This document shows, in pieces, positions 52,038 through 64,000 of a stretch of DNA of 64,000 nt. Position 1 is the stretch's first letter; every line of letters begins with the position of its first letter. The notes beneath the pieces were generated by a model, which worked only from the letters and a program-made list of their open reading frames with translations, ran no database searches and was not told the origin of the DNA. Made by a program: the position numbers and the translations under genes. Where the stretch lies: NCBI RefSeq assembly GCF_020745735.1, contig NC_083424.1, positions 13,502,999-13,566,998 of the forward strand, given 5' to 3'. This DNA is from Hemiscyllium ocellatum (lineage: Eukaryota).

Positions 52038-52262
52038 AGCTGAAAATGTATTGCTGGAAAAGCGCAGCAGGTCAGGCAGCATCCAAGGAGCAGGAGAATT
52101 GACGTTTTGGGCATGAGCCCTTCTTCAGGAAGGGCTCCTGAAGAAGGGCTCATGCCCAAAATGTTGCTTCTCCTGCTCCTTGGATGCTGTCTGACCTGCT
52201 GCGCTTTTCCAGCAACACATTTTCAGCTCTGATCTCCAACATCTGCAGTCCTCACTTTCTCC
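52038..52262. mobile_element. Penelope-like terminus, inverted-repeat form (family B)
   Basis: About 100-bp inverted arms; 16-bp TSD aatctacagaagtaag (52022-52037 / 52263-52278). Confidence 0.8.
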
Positions 52263-53419
52263 AATCTACAGAAGTAAGGAGAGTGTAGCATTTTGGATAA
52301 TTCTGCTAAAGTAAGTTGATCCAGGCTATTCTGATCAAACTTAATGCTCCAGAAGGTTTCATCCAATTGTGGACTGAAGCAGCTTAGATTCAAACCTAGC
52401 ACTGCATCAATTAATTTAACTCAGTCCACCTTCAAACAAAAGAGAAAGGCACAGACACTGTCTCCAGATTTTCATAAAGCACAATTGTTACACTTCATTG
52501 ACATCAAAGAGATATAATGCAATGAGAGTCAACTTCTATCAAAACAAGACTCTCAGATCCTAATGGGAGCAATGAGTATTAAAATCTAGAGGGTATCTAT
52601 ATCAGATCCAAATTTCACACGTTGGCTAACTGATTTAACACCCTCCCCCAGCTCATTTCAGATTTTAATGCCTACGAGACTGTCGAAAGATTACAGAAGG
52701 TCTCATTTGAATGATTATGAAATGCAACTCAAGTAATGATCACTTTTTTTGCATTATTCAAAAGTTGATCATTTTCAGACAATTTTACGGCTATTGTTCT
52801 TGCTCTATGTAGAATTCACAATGAAGTAAAACCTCCTGGCCCAGCCAATCTCTGAAATAAGCTTTTATTTGTTAAAATATTAGAATTTCCTGCCACAGCT
52901 GTTTCACCATTCTGACACTTCAATAAAACTACAGTACCCTAAAGGGTCACAAATATTTGTGTGTGTTTTTTTAAAGAGCTCAATTTCAAGCTTGGATTGT
53001 CTCTTGTATTGTCTTAAGCCTGAAGCTGTCAGATTTAAAGGACACTCTTCTTGCTGATTGTAAACATTGAAAAGATTCAGCAGATACCGCTTTTGACACA
53101 GATAGCCATCAACTCCATCGCCCCAGACTTCACAGTTTCTCACACCTTGAAGATAAACCTCTAAGAAAAGGCATTAACGGACACAAAACGATCACGCGAA
53201 AAAGTCAACTGCATTAAAAACCATTATTTCAGATTTCAAGCACAAAATGAAAGGTCCGTAAGAAAGTATTGCACAGATATCCAGGGACCCCGCAGGCTAA
53301 CCTACATGACAAGCTGGACAATTGTGTTTCCCATTCAAACTGGGAAATGAATGATTAAAAAGCTCACACAAACCTCAGCAGGAAACAAAGCTTTGCCCAC
53401 AGGAAGTGCATTTAATCAT

Positions 53420-54700
53420 GACATAGAGTCATAGAGTCATAGAGATGTACAGCATGGAAACAGACCGTTCGGTCCAACCCGTCCATGCTGACCAGATATC
53501 CCAACCTAATCTAGTCCCACCTGCCAGCACCTGGCCCACATCCCTCCAAGCCCTTCCCATTCATATACCCATCCAAATGCCTCTTAAATGTTGCAATTGT
53601 ACCAGCCTCCACCACTTTCTCTGACAGCTCATTCCATACATGAACCACCCTCTGCGTGAAAAAGTTTCCCCTTACGTCTCTTTGATATCTTTCCCCTCTC
53701 ACCCTAAACCTATGCCCTCTAGTTCTGGACTCCCCGGCCACAAGGAAAAGACTTTGTCTATTTATCCTATCCATGCCCCTCATAATTTTGTAAACCTCTA
53801 TAAGGTCACCCCTCAGTCTTCAACGCTCCAGGGAAAACAGACCCAGCCTGTTCAGCCTCTCCCTATAGCTCAAATTCTCCAACCCTGGCAACATCCTTGT
53901 AAATCTTTTCTGAATTCTTTCAAGTTTCACAATATGTTTCCGATAGGAAGGAGACCAGAATTGTACGCAATATTCCAACAGTGGCCTAACCAATCTCCTG
54001 TACAGCCGCAACATGACCTCCCAACTCTTGTACTCAATACTCTGACCAATAAAAGAAAGCATATCAAACACCTTCTTCACTATCCTATCTACCTGCGATT
54101 CTACTTTCAAGGAGCTATGAACCAGCACTCCAAGGTCTCTTTGTTCAGCAACACTCCCTAGGACCTTACCATTAAGTGTATAAATCCTGCTAAGATTTGC
54201 TTTCCCAAAATGCAGCACCTTGCATTTATCTGAATTAAACTCCATCTGCCACTTCTCAGCCCATTGGCCTATCTGGTCAAGATCCTGTTGTAATCTGAGG
54301 TAACCTTCTTCGCTGTCCACTGCACCTCCAATTTTGGTGTCATCTGCAAACTTCCTAACTGTACCTCTTATGCTCGCATCCAAATCATTTATGTAAATGA
54401 CAAAAAGTAGAGGACCCAGCGCCGATCCTTGTGGCACTCCACTGGTCACAGGCCTCCAGTCTGAAAAACAACCTTCCACCATCACCTCTGAGCCAGTTCT
54501 GTATCCAAATGGCTAGTTCTCCCTTTATTCCATGAGATCTAACCTTGCTAATCAGTCTCCCATGGGGAACCTTGTCAAACACCTTACTTAAGTCCATATA
54601 GATCACATTTTACTGCTCTGCCCTCATCAATCCTCTTTGTTACTTCTTCAAAAAACTCAATCAAGTTTGTGAGACATGATTTCCCACTCACAAAGCCTGT
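53420..54700 (-). mobile_element. CR1-type LINE (HER1-like) RT domain and 3' end; best-preserved copy in the window
   Basis: ORF 53820..54485: GVPQGSALGPLLF...KFADDTK...; YMDLSKVFDKVPH upstream; (catagagt)n tail. Confidence 0.92.
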
Positions 54701-55245
54701 TAAATATAAACATTTGGACTCATCAACTTTCTGTTTATAAGATGATGGTTGATGCCATAGTGCTCAACTCTGCATTAATCATCACCTGGTGGGTCTCAGG
54801 ATCCCCATTGCTCATAGGCATGGCATTTGCTGCTGATAAAGACAGGCAGAAAGAGTCTTAGAATCCCTACAGTGCAGATAGTCTGTCCATCAGGTCTACA
54901 CCAACCCTCCAAAGAGGATTCCACTCAGACTCACCCAATCCCCACACTTCCCATGGCTAATCCACCTAGCCAGCACTCAGAAGAAACCCACACAGACACT
55001 TGGAGAATATGCAAACTCCACAGAAACAGTCACCTAAGGCTAGAATTTAACCCTGGTCCCTGGCACTACAAGATACCAGTGCTCACCACTGAGCTACCAT
55101 ATGTAAAAATCGACTTGTGCTAACTATACACCACCTATGGGCAGAATGTATTGCTTCCTCTAGGCTACCTACATTTCCTAACCTTGTTGTTGAGAGCCCA
55201 ATACAGCTTGTTTGCCTTGTACACCCATTGTATACCCTATGTACA

Positions 55246-55247
<2 letters not shown>

Positions 55248-55314
<67 letters not shown>
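55248..55314. repeat. Perfect (GT)n microsatellite
   Basis: Read directly from the sequence. Confidence 0.95.
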
Positions 55315-55315
<1 letters not shown>

Positions 55316-55504
55316 CAAACAGAAGGAACTTCGCAAAACATTTGACTTGCTTTCCCAGTGTAAAACCCAAGATGCTCGTTCTATCCCATCTGAACTCACC
55401 AAGCACAGAAACCAGCATCTACACAAGCTTCTCTGTCTCAGCTGGGCTGAGGGAACACTGCCCCTGGGTGTACCTGATACAAACAGGGATGATCTCATAC
55501 AAGG

Positions 55505-56000
55505 GGGAGGAAGTGAGCACTGCAGATGCTGGAGATCAGAGTCAAAGAGTGTGGTGCTGGAAAAGCACAGCCAGTCAGGCAGCATTTCAATTAGCAGGAG
55601 AATTGACGTTTCAAGTGTAAGCTCTTCATCAAGAATGGAGAGGGTGGCCCAAGGAGGCTGAGAGATAAATGGGAGGGAGGTGGGGCAGGGGGGCGAAGGT
55701 AGATGAGAATGCGATAGGCAGATGAAGTTAGGGGGTGATGATGATAGGTCAGTGCGGGGGCTGGAGTGGATAGGTGGACAGGTAGGACAGTTCAAGTGGG
55801 CAGTGCCGAGTTGGAAAGTTAGATTTGGGGTAAGGTGGGGGGAGGGGAAATGAAGAAACTTGTGAAATCCACATTGATCCCTTTGTGATTGGAAGGTTCC
55901 AGGGAGGAAGATGAGGCGTTCTTCCTCCAGGTTTTGGGTGGTAAGGAAATGGCGATGGAGGAGGCCCAGGACCTGCATGTCCTTGGTGGAGTGGGAGGGC
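55505..56000 (-). mobile_element. Penelope-like element 3' fragment (ORF C-terminus plus terminus)
   Basis: MQVLGLLHRH...LEEERLIFLPGT...QSQR..., resembling the C-terminus of the GIY-YIG region, followed by a pyrimidine-rich UTR and a family-B terminus. Similar fragments at 2782-3420, 15480-15840 and 37010-37440. Confidence 0.7.
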
Positions 56001-57577
56001 TAGCAGTTCCTGCACCAATCGATGCATGTTCCTGCTGCGCAGTGTGGGGTAAGTATTTACTCACGTTCCCTTTGTCAGTCCCAGATCTTGACTGGATACA
56101 TCCATGCTCCACCCTAGTGTGCTTTCAGAACTGGACAATCTACAATTGGCTTCACCTTCTCAGTCCAGGAGCGGCAAGAGAAATGCTATGAAGAAAGACT
56201 ACCACAGTGTAATGTTGTCATTGATTCACTCAGGTATTTGACCAAGTCAGCAGCAGTGGTCTTTTTACACTGTGTTTACACTTAAATGGCTGGGAAGAGG
56301 ACTCAGAGATGAACAGAAGCGCACAAATTCCTATACCTTTCCTGGTGGTACAGAGGTGAGCACTACTACCTGACAGCATCAGGGACCCAGGTCCAAATCC
56401 AGCTTTGGGATGGTCTGTGTGGAGGCTGCATAATTTCCTCAGGTCTGGGTGTTCTGGTTTCCTCCCACTCTGCAGGTTAGGTGGCTGTGGTAAATTGCCT
56501 ATCGTGTCCCAGGATGTGTAGGTGAGGTCAATTACCCATGGAGAATGCAGGGGTATGGTCGGGGGTGGGTTTGGATGGAATGCTCTTCAGAGACTCAGTG
56601 TGGATTTGATGGGCCAAATAGCCTGCTCCCACATTGTAGGGAGTCTAAGTAGAGAATGTCATTCTCAAATCAATCACTCACTAATGAGTATGATTGTCCA
56701 CCTAGGAAATTTTGTGTCACTGGCCAAGGGTTCTAGAGGTCTTTGTGTGGCTGATGTGCCATATCCCCAATCATACATTTGGGAGGTGGAAGTGGTCCTT
56801 CACACTGAGACCACTGACATTTCTTTCTTCGGTTCCTTTTCCATACTTTCTCTGAACCCCAGATTTCTCAAAGAATTCTGTCCCTTCATATAGGAGCTTT
56901 GTCTTTTTATGTATCAGGTAGGGGAAAGCACGTTGTTATAATTACATGTAAACTTATGCAAAAAAAACGAACTATGCAAAAAAACTGAGATCAATGAGGG
57001 CTCTTGTAGTCCAATGGTAGTGTCCTTATCTCTAACTCAGGTGTGTCTGGGTTCAAGCTGTGTAATAAAATTGCTGAACACGTTGTTTTGAGAATAATTT
57101 TAAAGACTTATATTGATGTGAATATACCATATAATATACAAACTTTAAAGTGGTTTGGCAGTGCACAAGTTACAAGAATGCAAAATCCAACTGTTGATGA
57201 TAATTGTATAGTAACTAAGTGTTTAATTGTATGCAGATGCTGGGAATTAATGGGGGATTCATTTGTGCTCCAATATAAAGGAGCAGATTGAAACCGTGGT
57301 TGATTGGTTTAGAGATGCATGTTTATTATGTGTATCTCAATAAATAAAGCTTACAAAACGTGTACATAATAGGTTCTACTTCTAATCTTCTCTGCTTAGC
57401 ATTCTGGAGAAGCAAAACTCAGTCTACCTTCTTCAGAGGATTCCATTTCTCTTCAGCTCTGGACACAGGACAGGAATCTGATACCATAACTGTGTATCAA
57501 TGCAAGTGTAGCCCAGTGCCTACTGATGCTAAAGTGGTAAGAAATTACTCCTTCAGGTTTAAACCCAGCTGAGGCAG

Positions 57578-58050
57578 TCATAGAGTCATAGAGCTGTACG
57601 GCACGGAAACAGACCATTCAGTCCAACCCGTCCACACTGACCAAACATCCTGAATTAATATAGTACCATTTTTGAGAACTTAGGATTCCTACAGTGTGGA
57701 AACAGGCTCTTCATCCCAGCAAGTCCACACCGACCCTCCAAGCATTTCGTGTATATCCCTCTAAATCCTTTCTATTCATATACCCATCCAGATGCCTTTT
57801 AAATATTGTAATTGTACCAGCCTCCACCACTTCCTCTGGCAGCTCATTCCATACATACACCACCCACTGAGTGTAAAAGTTACCTTTTAAATCTTTCCCC
57901 TCGCACCCTAAACCTATGCCATCTAGTTCTGGACTCCCCCACCCCAGGGAAAAGACCTTGTCTATTTACCTTATCCACCCCCCTCATGATTTTATAAACA
58001 TCCATCAGGTCGTCCCTCAGCCTCCGACACTCCAGACAAAACAGGCCCAG
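57578..58050 (-). mobile_element. CR1-type LINE 3' fragment with nested SINE piece
   Basis: Same 3' sequence as the 53420 and 45410 copies. Confidence 0.8.
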
Positions 58051-58467
58051 TCAAAGCTGATTAGATTGTGGAATGGTGCAAAACACAGATGAAGGCCATT
58101 GGGCCATTGTGCTGGTCCTGACTTTCTGAAAGTGTGATCCATCCACCCATTCCTTTCACATAGTTCTGTAAATCTTACTTTTACAGAGTTCTATCCAATC
58201 CATCTTTATAGGTAACTGTTGGACCTTCTTCCATCATCCTTCCCAGATCACAACAATGCGCTGCATATAAAAAATGAAATCTCTCCTTTGGTTCTTTAGC
58301 CAATTATCTGTGATCTGTGCCCTCAGGTTACCCATGTGCCAACCCAACCAGTTTCTCCTCATTTATCCAATCAAAACCTGACCGTGTGAGAAATCCCTTC
58401 AAATCCTTGCCATCACATCCCAAGGCTCAATGCCAAAATCAGCTGCTTTTAATTTTCTGCCAAAAGA

Positions 58468-58750
58468 CTGTGGATGCTGTAAATCAGAAACTGAAACAGA
58501 AATTGTTGGGAAAACTCAGCAGGTCTGGAAGCAGCTGTGGAGAGAAATCAGAGTTAACGTTTTGGATCTGATGTTTTTCTTCAGAAGCATTGAGCCTTGG
58601 ATGCAATGCCAAGGCTGTGAAGGGATTTCTAATACGGTCAGATTCCTGGGCAAACTCAGAATGCTTCTGAAGAAGGGTCACATTAACTCTGCTCTCTCTC
58701 CACAGATGCTGCCAGACCTGCTGAATTTTCCCAGCAATTTCTGTTTTTGC
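58468..58750. mobile_element. Penelope-like terminus, inverted-repeat form (family C), with captured spacer
   Basis: Arms aaactcagcaggtctgg...gtggagaga and its reverse complement. Related pieces at about 15320-15420, 17830-18040, 21950-22045 and 42975-43040. Confidence 0.65.
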
Positions 58751-61700
58751 ACTTTTTAATGTTAAGGCTTCTTGCCCATAAAAAACAGCACTGAACAAAC
58801 GGAAACTCATTTCACAAAGGTCCTTGGCAGCTAGCAGAACAAGTTTATCGCCTGTTAGACTGGTTTATATTCAAATCCAGGTCCCAGGGGTGAAATAATG
58901 TACTGATCCAACCTGCAAAACAGTCCCCATTACATTATCTGTGTTATAGTCACTTATGGGACAGAAGGAAACTATACACTCCCATTGAATCTAAACCAAT
59001 TCTCCATGGAGCTATCTAATTAATCCCATTCCCACATTCTATCTACGTAAGCTTGCGAGTTAATTTCCTTTAGGTGCCCATCTAATTACCTTTTGAAATC
59101 ATTTATTGTTCCACTGTCCTTAATCTGTGGGCAGCAATTTCCGGATCTTGCTGTACAAAATAAGTTTGATATTACCTTCCCACTGCATTTTTTGTCCAAA
59201 ACTTTAAATCTATGTTCTCTGGTCCTTGAATTATCACTGTTATTCCCAGTGTGCCTTATCCAGACTTGTCATCACCTTGCATACTCCCTCCCTAATGGCT
59301 CAGTTGGACCATGTACAGCACATGGACTGCAGTAGTTCAACAAGGAAGCTCACTACCACCTTCTCAAAGACAATAAGGGACAGGCCCATGTATAAAATAA
59401 ACACCACCAAACTTCCCCTGAAATCCTTAGTCTGAAGAGAACAAATGCAGTATCTTCAATCTAATCTTGCACTGAAATCCCTCATCCTTGGAGTCATTCT
59501 GATCAATCTCCTCTGCACCCACTCAAGTGGCCTCACATCCTTCCTGAAGCAAACAGGATCATGGATAAGTTGTGGTCTAAGCAAAGCTTTGATAACATTT
59601 CAGCCTCCAACTCTTCCCTTTCCCCTAAAGGTGTTGCCTCTTGCTTCTGTCAATCCTCACAGTATGCAAACAGGCCATTTGGCCCAACAAGTCCACACTG
59701 ACCCTCTAAAAAGTATCCCACCCAGGCCCAAACCCTACATTTCCCCTGACTAATGCACCTAGCCTACACATCCCTGAACACTATGAGCAATTTAGCATGG
59801 CCAATTCATCTAACCTGTACAGTCTTTGGACTATGGGAGGAAACCGGAGCACCCAGAGGTAATTCATGCAGACACGGGGAGAATGTGCAAATTCCACACA
59901 GACAGTCATCGGAGGCTGGAATCAAACCTGGGTCCCTGGTGCTGTGAGGCAGCAGTGCTAACCACTGAGCTACCATGCTGCCAAGGTCCTTACAGTACTT
60001 GTGCTACCTCATTCCCAACTTCTTCCGATCTCCAGTCTGCATGGGCTCTATAGGTGAGCAGAGAGGGAATAAAGTAATAACTGTGACATGAGACTGGACA
60101 AGAATGAGGAAGCAAGACATCAACCACCAACACTCTGATCGGAACAACAGTGGAGAGGCCGAGTTTCCTGGGCGTAGGGTGAATGCAATGGCTTCCGCCT
60201 CACAGGTGACACAGGATCCTGCTGCTTGCTGCTGCTATAAGAAGCAAACTATCTCAGAGCATTCATGAATCTGGTTAAATCCACTGCTGCCGTCATGTAG
60301 ATGTCTGAAGACACATATATCGTAGAACCTGAGACAGATTCTATTGGCAAGCAAGCAGAGGGCTAGTGATCAGAAAGTGGCCCAAAGTGATTCTCATCAA
60401 AGTTTATGAAAAACTTATCCCTGGTCAGTATGGAACAAGAGGTAATTTCAATGGAAACACTAAACTGGAAAAGGAAGCCACGCTAGGCATAGAATGGGCA
60501 CTTCATCAAAATAATATCAATGTGTACACCTGAGGTGAGGGAAGAGCTGAAATTGAGGTGAAAGATAGAGCACATCAGGTGCCAACAAGAGTACTGCCTC
60601 TTTTTATGTGAATCCTTTCAGCAGGAGTTTATAGTTGGTGCACCTTATCCAGAGACACCATTAACCTGTGGATTTCTGAAAAAATGGTCACATTTTGTTG
60701 AAATGATTCATCTTGCACTCATCTGGACAATTCACAAGAATTCCAATTTAAGGGAAAATCCTGCACTAATACTGGATAAGAGGAGAGGGAAAGTGATGGT
60801 TTAATGATATTACTGCTGGGCAATTAATCCAGAGACCCAGGTGATTTTACAGGAACCCGGGTTAAAATCCCACCATAGCAGATGGTGGAATTTGAATTCA
60901 ATAAAAATCTGGAATTATGAGTTTAGTAATAAGCATATTTCCATTGCCAATTGTTAGGGAGCAGAAAATCATCTGGTTCACTAATGGCCTTGAGGGACAA
61001 AAGCAGCCATTCTTACATGTGACTCCAGGCCCACAGCCATGAGACTGGACAAGAATAAGATAGCAAGCACCAATGCACTGATTGAAATGACTGTGGAGAG
61101 TCTGATTGTACAGTAATGTGGTTGACTCTTAACTGTCCTCTGGGCAAGTAGGGATGGTCAGTAAGTGCTAACCAGCAAGGTTCTCATCTTGTGACTGAAG
61201 AAAACAATAGCTTTCCTGATTGTTCGGCAAGTGGAGATAGAAGAGATGTTACCATGGGAGCGTACGCCAGTTAATAACGATAGACAATTAACTGCGAGGC
61301 TTTGTTTAAATTTTCAACCAAGCACACTGATTCTGATTCATCAAGGTACTGTCCTAAAAATATGAACCCACCAAGAGCTGTCACTTATTTTGTTGAAATG
61401 AAACAGTGTGTGCACATGCATATTCTTTCTGTCCCCAACCTGTCACAAACTTCACTTATGGATGGGATTGTGCAATCAGTTGCCCCAATTTATGTATTTT
61501 TCCCAATTTATTTGTTAAACATGCCTTTTATTCGAATAATGTTGCCCTTGCGAGGTTTTGGACGTACAGCATCATGAATGATTCATCACTTAGATACTCG
61601 CCAGTCCATGTGCGGCATTTAATTTCAGTTCTTAATTGGATGCGATTTCAAAGTTGTTAGTCCTGGAACCTCTTCATCAAGGACTTAGCAGAAGTGCTAT

Positions 61701-64000
61701 TTTTGACACTCAAAGGGTTTGAGAGCTGAGGCTTGAAATAACAGAGTTCTTTCAAAAACTGTTGATTAAACGGAAGAGTTCAAGGAGACAAATCCTCCCT
61801 GGCAGTGAATGAAAATTTGATCAGAAGAGAACAAAGAGGGTGAATTCACTAGGTCAAAGAAAAGGACTCTCTTCATTATGCTCTACAGAGGTTTCCAGTC
61901 TAACACAGAGTAGCTAGCCAATTTTATGTCCATTAAGATTTATTGTACTTTTGGTATTTGCACTTCATATTGCCACCTCTTTGTCAATAAAACAGCAAGT
62001 TTTATTTTGTAAATCATTCTTTGGAATTATCCAGCATTTTAACAGAATATACATGGATGTTAAAGTCTGCTATGAACCCATTAAAACAAATTATAATAGG
62101 GCTATTATTAACGCCTCAAGTAAAACACCACTGCCAAGACAAGAACATAGACAAGATACACCCCATTTGTATCAAGGGACAGAAGTATTGATTACAGAGC
62201 AGATGTTTAAATAGTTAAGAGAGAAACTGCAGCTCAGCAGTCCAACGTTAACACACATCCTGACCAGGGCACTCACTTCTCCCTTGTTCTGAAGGTTGAT
62301 ACCTCCAGAGGCAGTTGAGGATTCTCTTGTGAAGAATTCATTCTCCAGTGACAGCATAAATGTGGAGTTTATCTCCATAGCTGACACAGAGGAAGAGATA
62401 AATACAAGCACCGCTATGAAATAGGAGGATCAGTGTACTCAACAATTTCTCTGATTTGATGCTCAGGAATAAAACACGTCTGGAAAAGAAAAAGAATCAA
62501 AGAGAAGTCAAATTCACCCACACGCCTCCTGTCTCCTCCATGATGAATGCTTGACTATTACAGGTTTGGTAACTGCAGGAGAGCTTGAGCTAAGTAGAGG
62601 TAACAGAATACCTTTCTTGGATAATAACTGGTCTTTTCTACTCCTTTCATGGGGTCTCATGATGCACATTTTGAAATCTTAAACCGAGAGGTTCTGAAAG
62701 GACCTATTACTTACAGTTGAACGACTGCACTCTCTACCTTTCTCCGAACCGCTCTGTAAACACCCTGAACAGCTCATTTACCAGGCTTTCTGAGCACTCG
62801 TGCATCATCGCTTCTGACAAAATGACACAAATGATCTCGATTTTGCAGTTCAGCAACTGAATGAAAGGCTGGAGCAACTTCTGGATTGCTGCATTTAACA
62901 ATCTGCTTCAATATTTTCCCCTCCCTCAGTCAAAACCCCCCAACAGATTCCTGAGTTCAATTCCACAAACATGGGGCCTAAATGATCATTCATCTTAAAC
63001 AGTAAATGACATTTTATCATGAAGAGATGTACATGTACCAAATACTACCTTCACAACACAACCTGCAGTGCCCACTGCTCTGGAAATGTTCATTGAATAA
63101 AAGACTTGACAAGAAGCTGGGCAGATTTTCACATCAAGTAAAGAATTTTAGCAGCAGGTGAAATGTCATCCCTGACTCATTATCACAATTTTTCTCTTTC
63201 AAACAGTAACCAGAGATTGGACGTTCCGGTGCACTGTAGAATGGTGAGGTCAAATTTCATGACATGCAGGACTCGTTTGTTTGATATCTGAAGGAAACAC
63301 TGCAGATCCCTTGGATTGAGGGGGAAATCCCTCATGATGAATCATTTACCACTGGTAAAATTCCTGTGAGGCAATGAAATTATTCCAAATGAAAAAACTA
63401 TCCTAATTTCATTAAAGAATAAACCAGAATTTCCCCTACTTTCCTGTAGCCTTTTTGCCCCTTTACACTCTACCCTCTCACTGCACTCCCACCCCCAGTC
63501 CCCTCACCCACTCTGCCCATCTTTTAGCACAGACTAGTCTGCCCCTCCTTTCCCATTCCCCCTCCAAGCCAGGAATTTGGGACAATTCAGCCGAATTATT
63601 CTCAGATAGATGTCTAACCAGCATTTTTAATTAAAATACTGCATCCATTTCACAGAACTGTTACATCACAGAAGAAGGCCATTTGACCCATTATGTCTGC
63701 ACCAACTCTCCCAATGGGCATTGTAAGTTCGTGTAATTCTCCACATAGCCTTGAATGTTGTGGCTCAGTAGTTAGCACTGCTGCCTTATAGTGCCAGGAA
63801 CCCAGGTTCAATTCCAGTTTAGGGTAACTGTCTGTGTGGTGTTTACATGTTCTCCTTGCATCTGTGCGATTTACTTCTAGGTGCTCCAGTTTCCTCCCAG
63901 AATCCAAAGATATGCAGTTAGGTGGTAAATTGCCCTGTAGTGTGCAGGAATGTGTAGTCTGGGTAGACATGGGGTTATGCACTGGGGAATTGAGTGGAGT

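Noticed and set aside
53640-54161. 173-aa plus-strand ORF
   Set aside because: Antisense to the CR1 reverse transcriptase.
55083-55978. Long ORFs (up to 266 aa) with HT/CV runs
   Set aside because: Read-through of a Penelope fragment, its UTR and the (GT)n microsatellite.
63190-63250. Plus-strand acceptor/donor pair (tttctctttcaaacag ... ATG|gtgagg)
   Set aside because: Very short and with no supporting frame or partner exon; expected by chance.

Overview
Eukaryotic, repeat-rich vertebrate DNA. The SINE/LINE complement points to a cartilaginous fish (shark); this is an inference from repeat families. The window holds the complete head-to-head beta-crystallin pair. CRYBB1 is on the minus strand (5 coding exons, 25781->12745, 228 aa, plus a putative non-coding exon 1 and TATA near 26.5 kb). 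CRYBA4 is on the plus strand (5 coding exons, 38295->49705, 195 aa, plus a putative non-coding exon 1 and TATA near 34.7 kb). All coding exons were assembled by hand with GT-AG junctions and consistent phases. A decayed ~4.6 kb Gypsy LTR retrotransposon lies between the two promoters. The rest is CR1-type LINE fragments, tRNA-derived SINEs, solo LTRs, a Tigger-like MITE and many short Penelope-like termini. Most notable: (i) the Penelope-like termini carry minimal type-I hammerhead ribozyme cores (CUGAUGA-A-stem II-GAAA, palindromic stem III), with one near-intact copy sense to CRYBB1 intron 3 and another just past the CRYBB1 poly(A) signal; (ii) Maf-type PL1/PL2-like promoter elements at positions matching my recollection of the chicken betaB1 promoter; (iii) a two-tier inverted duplication in CRYBA4 intron 1; (iv) insertions that captured inverted or templated copies of neighbouring host DNA.
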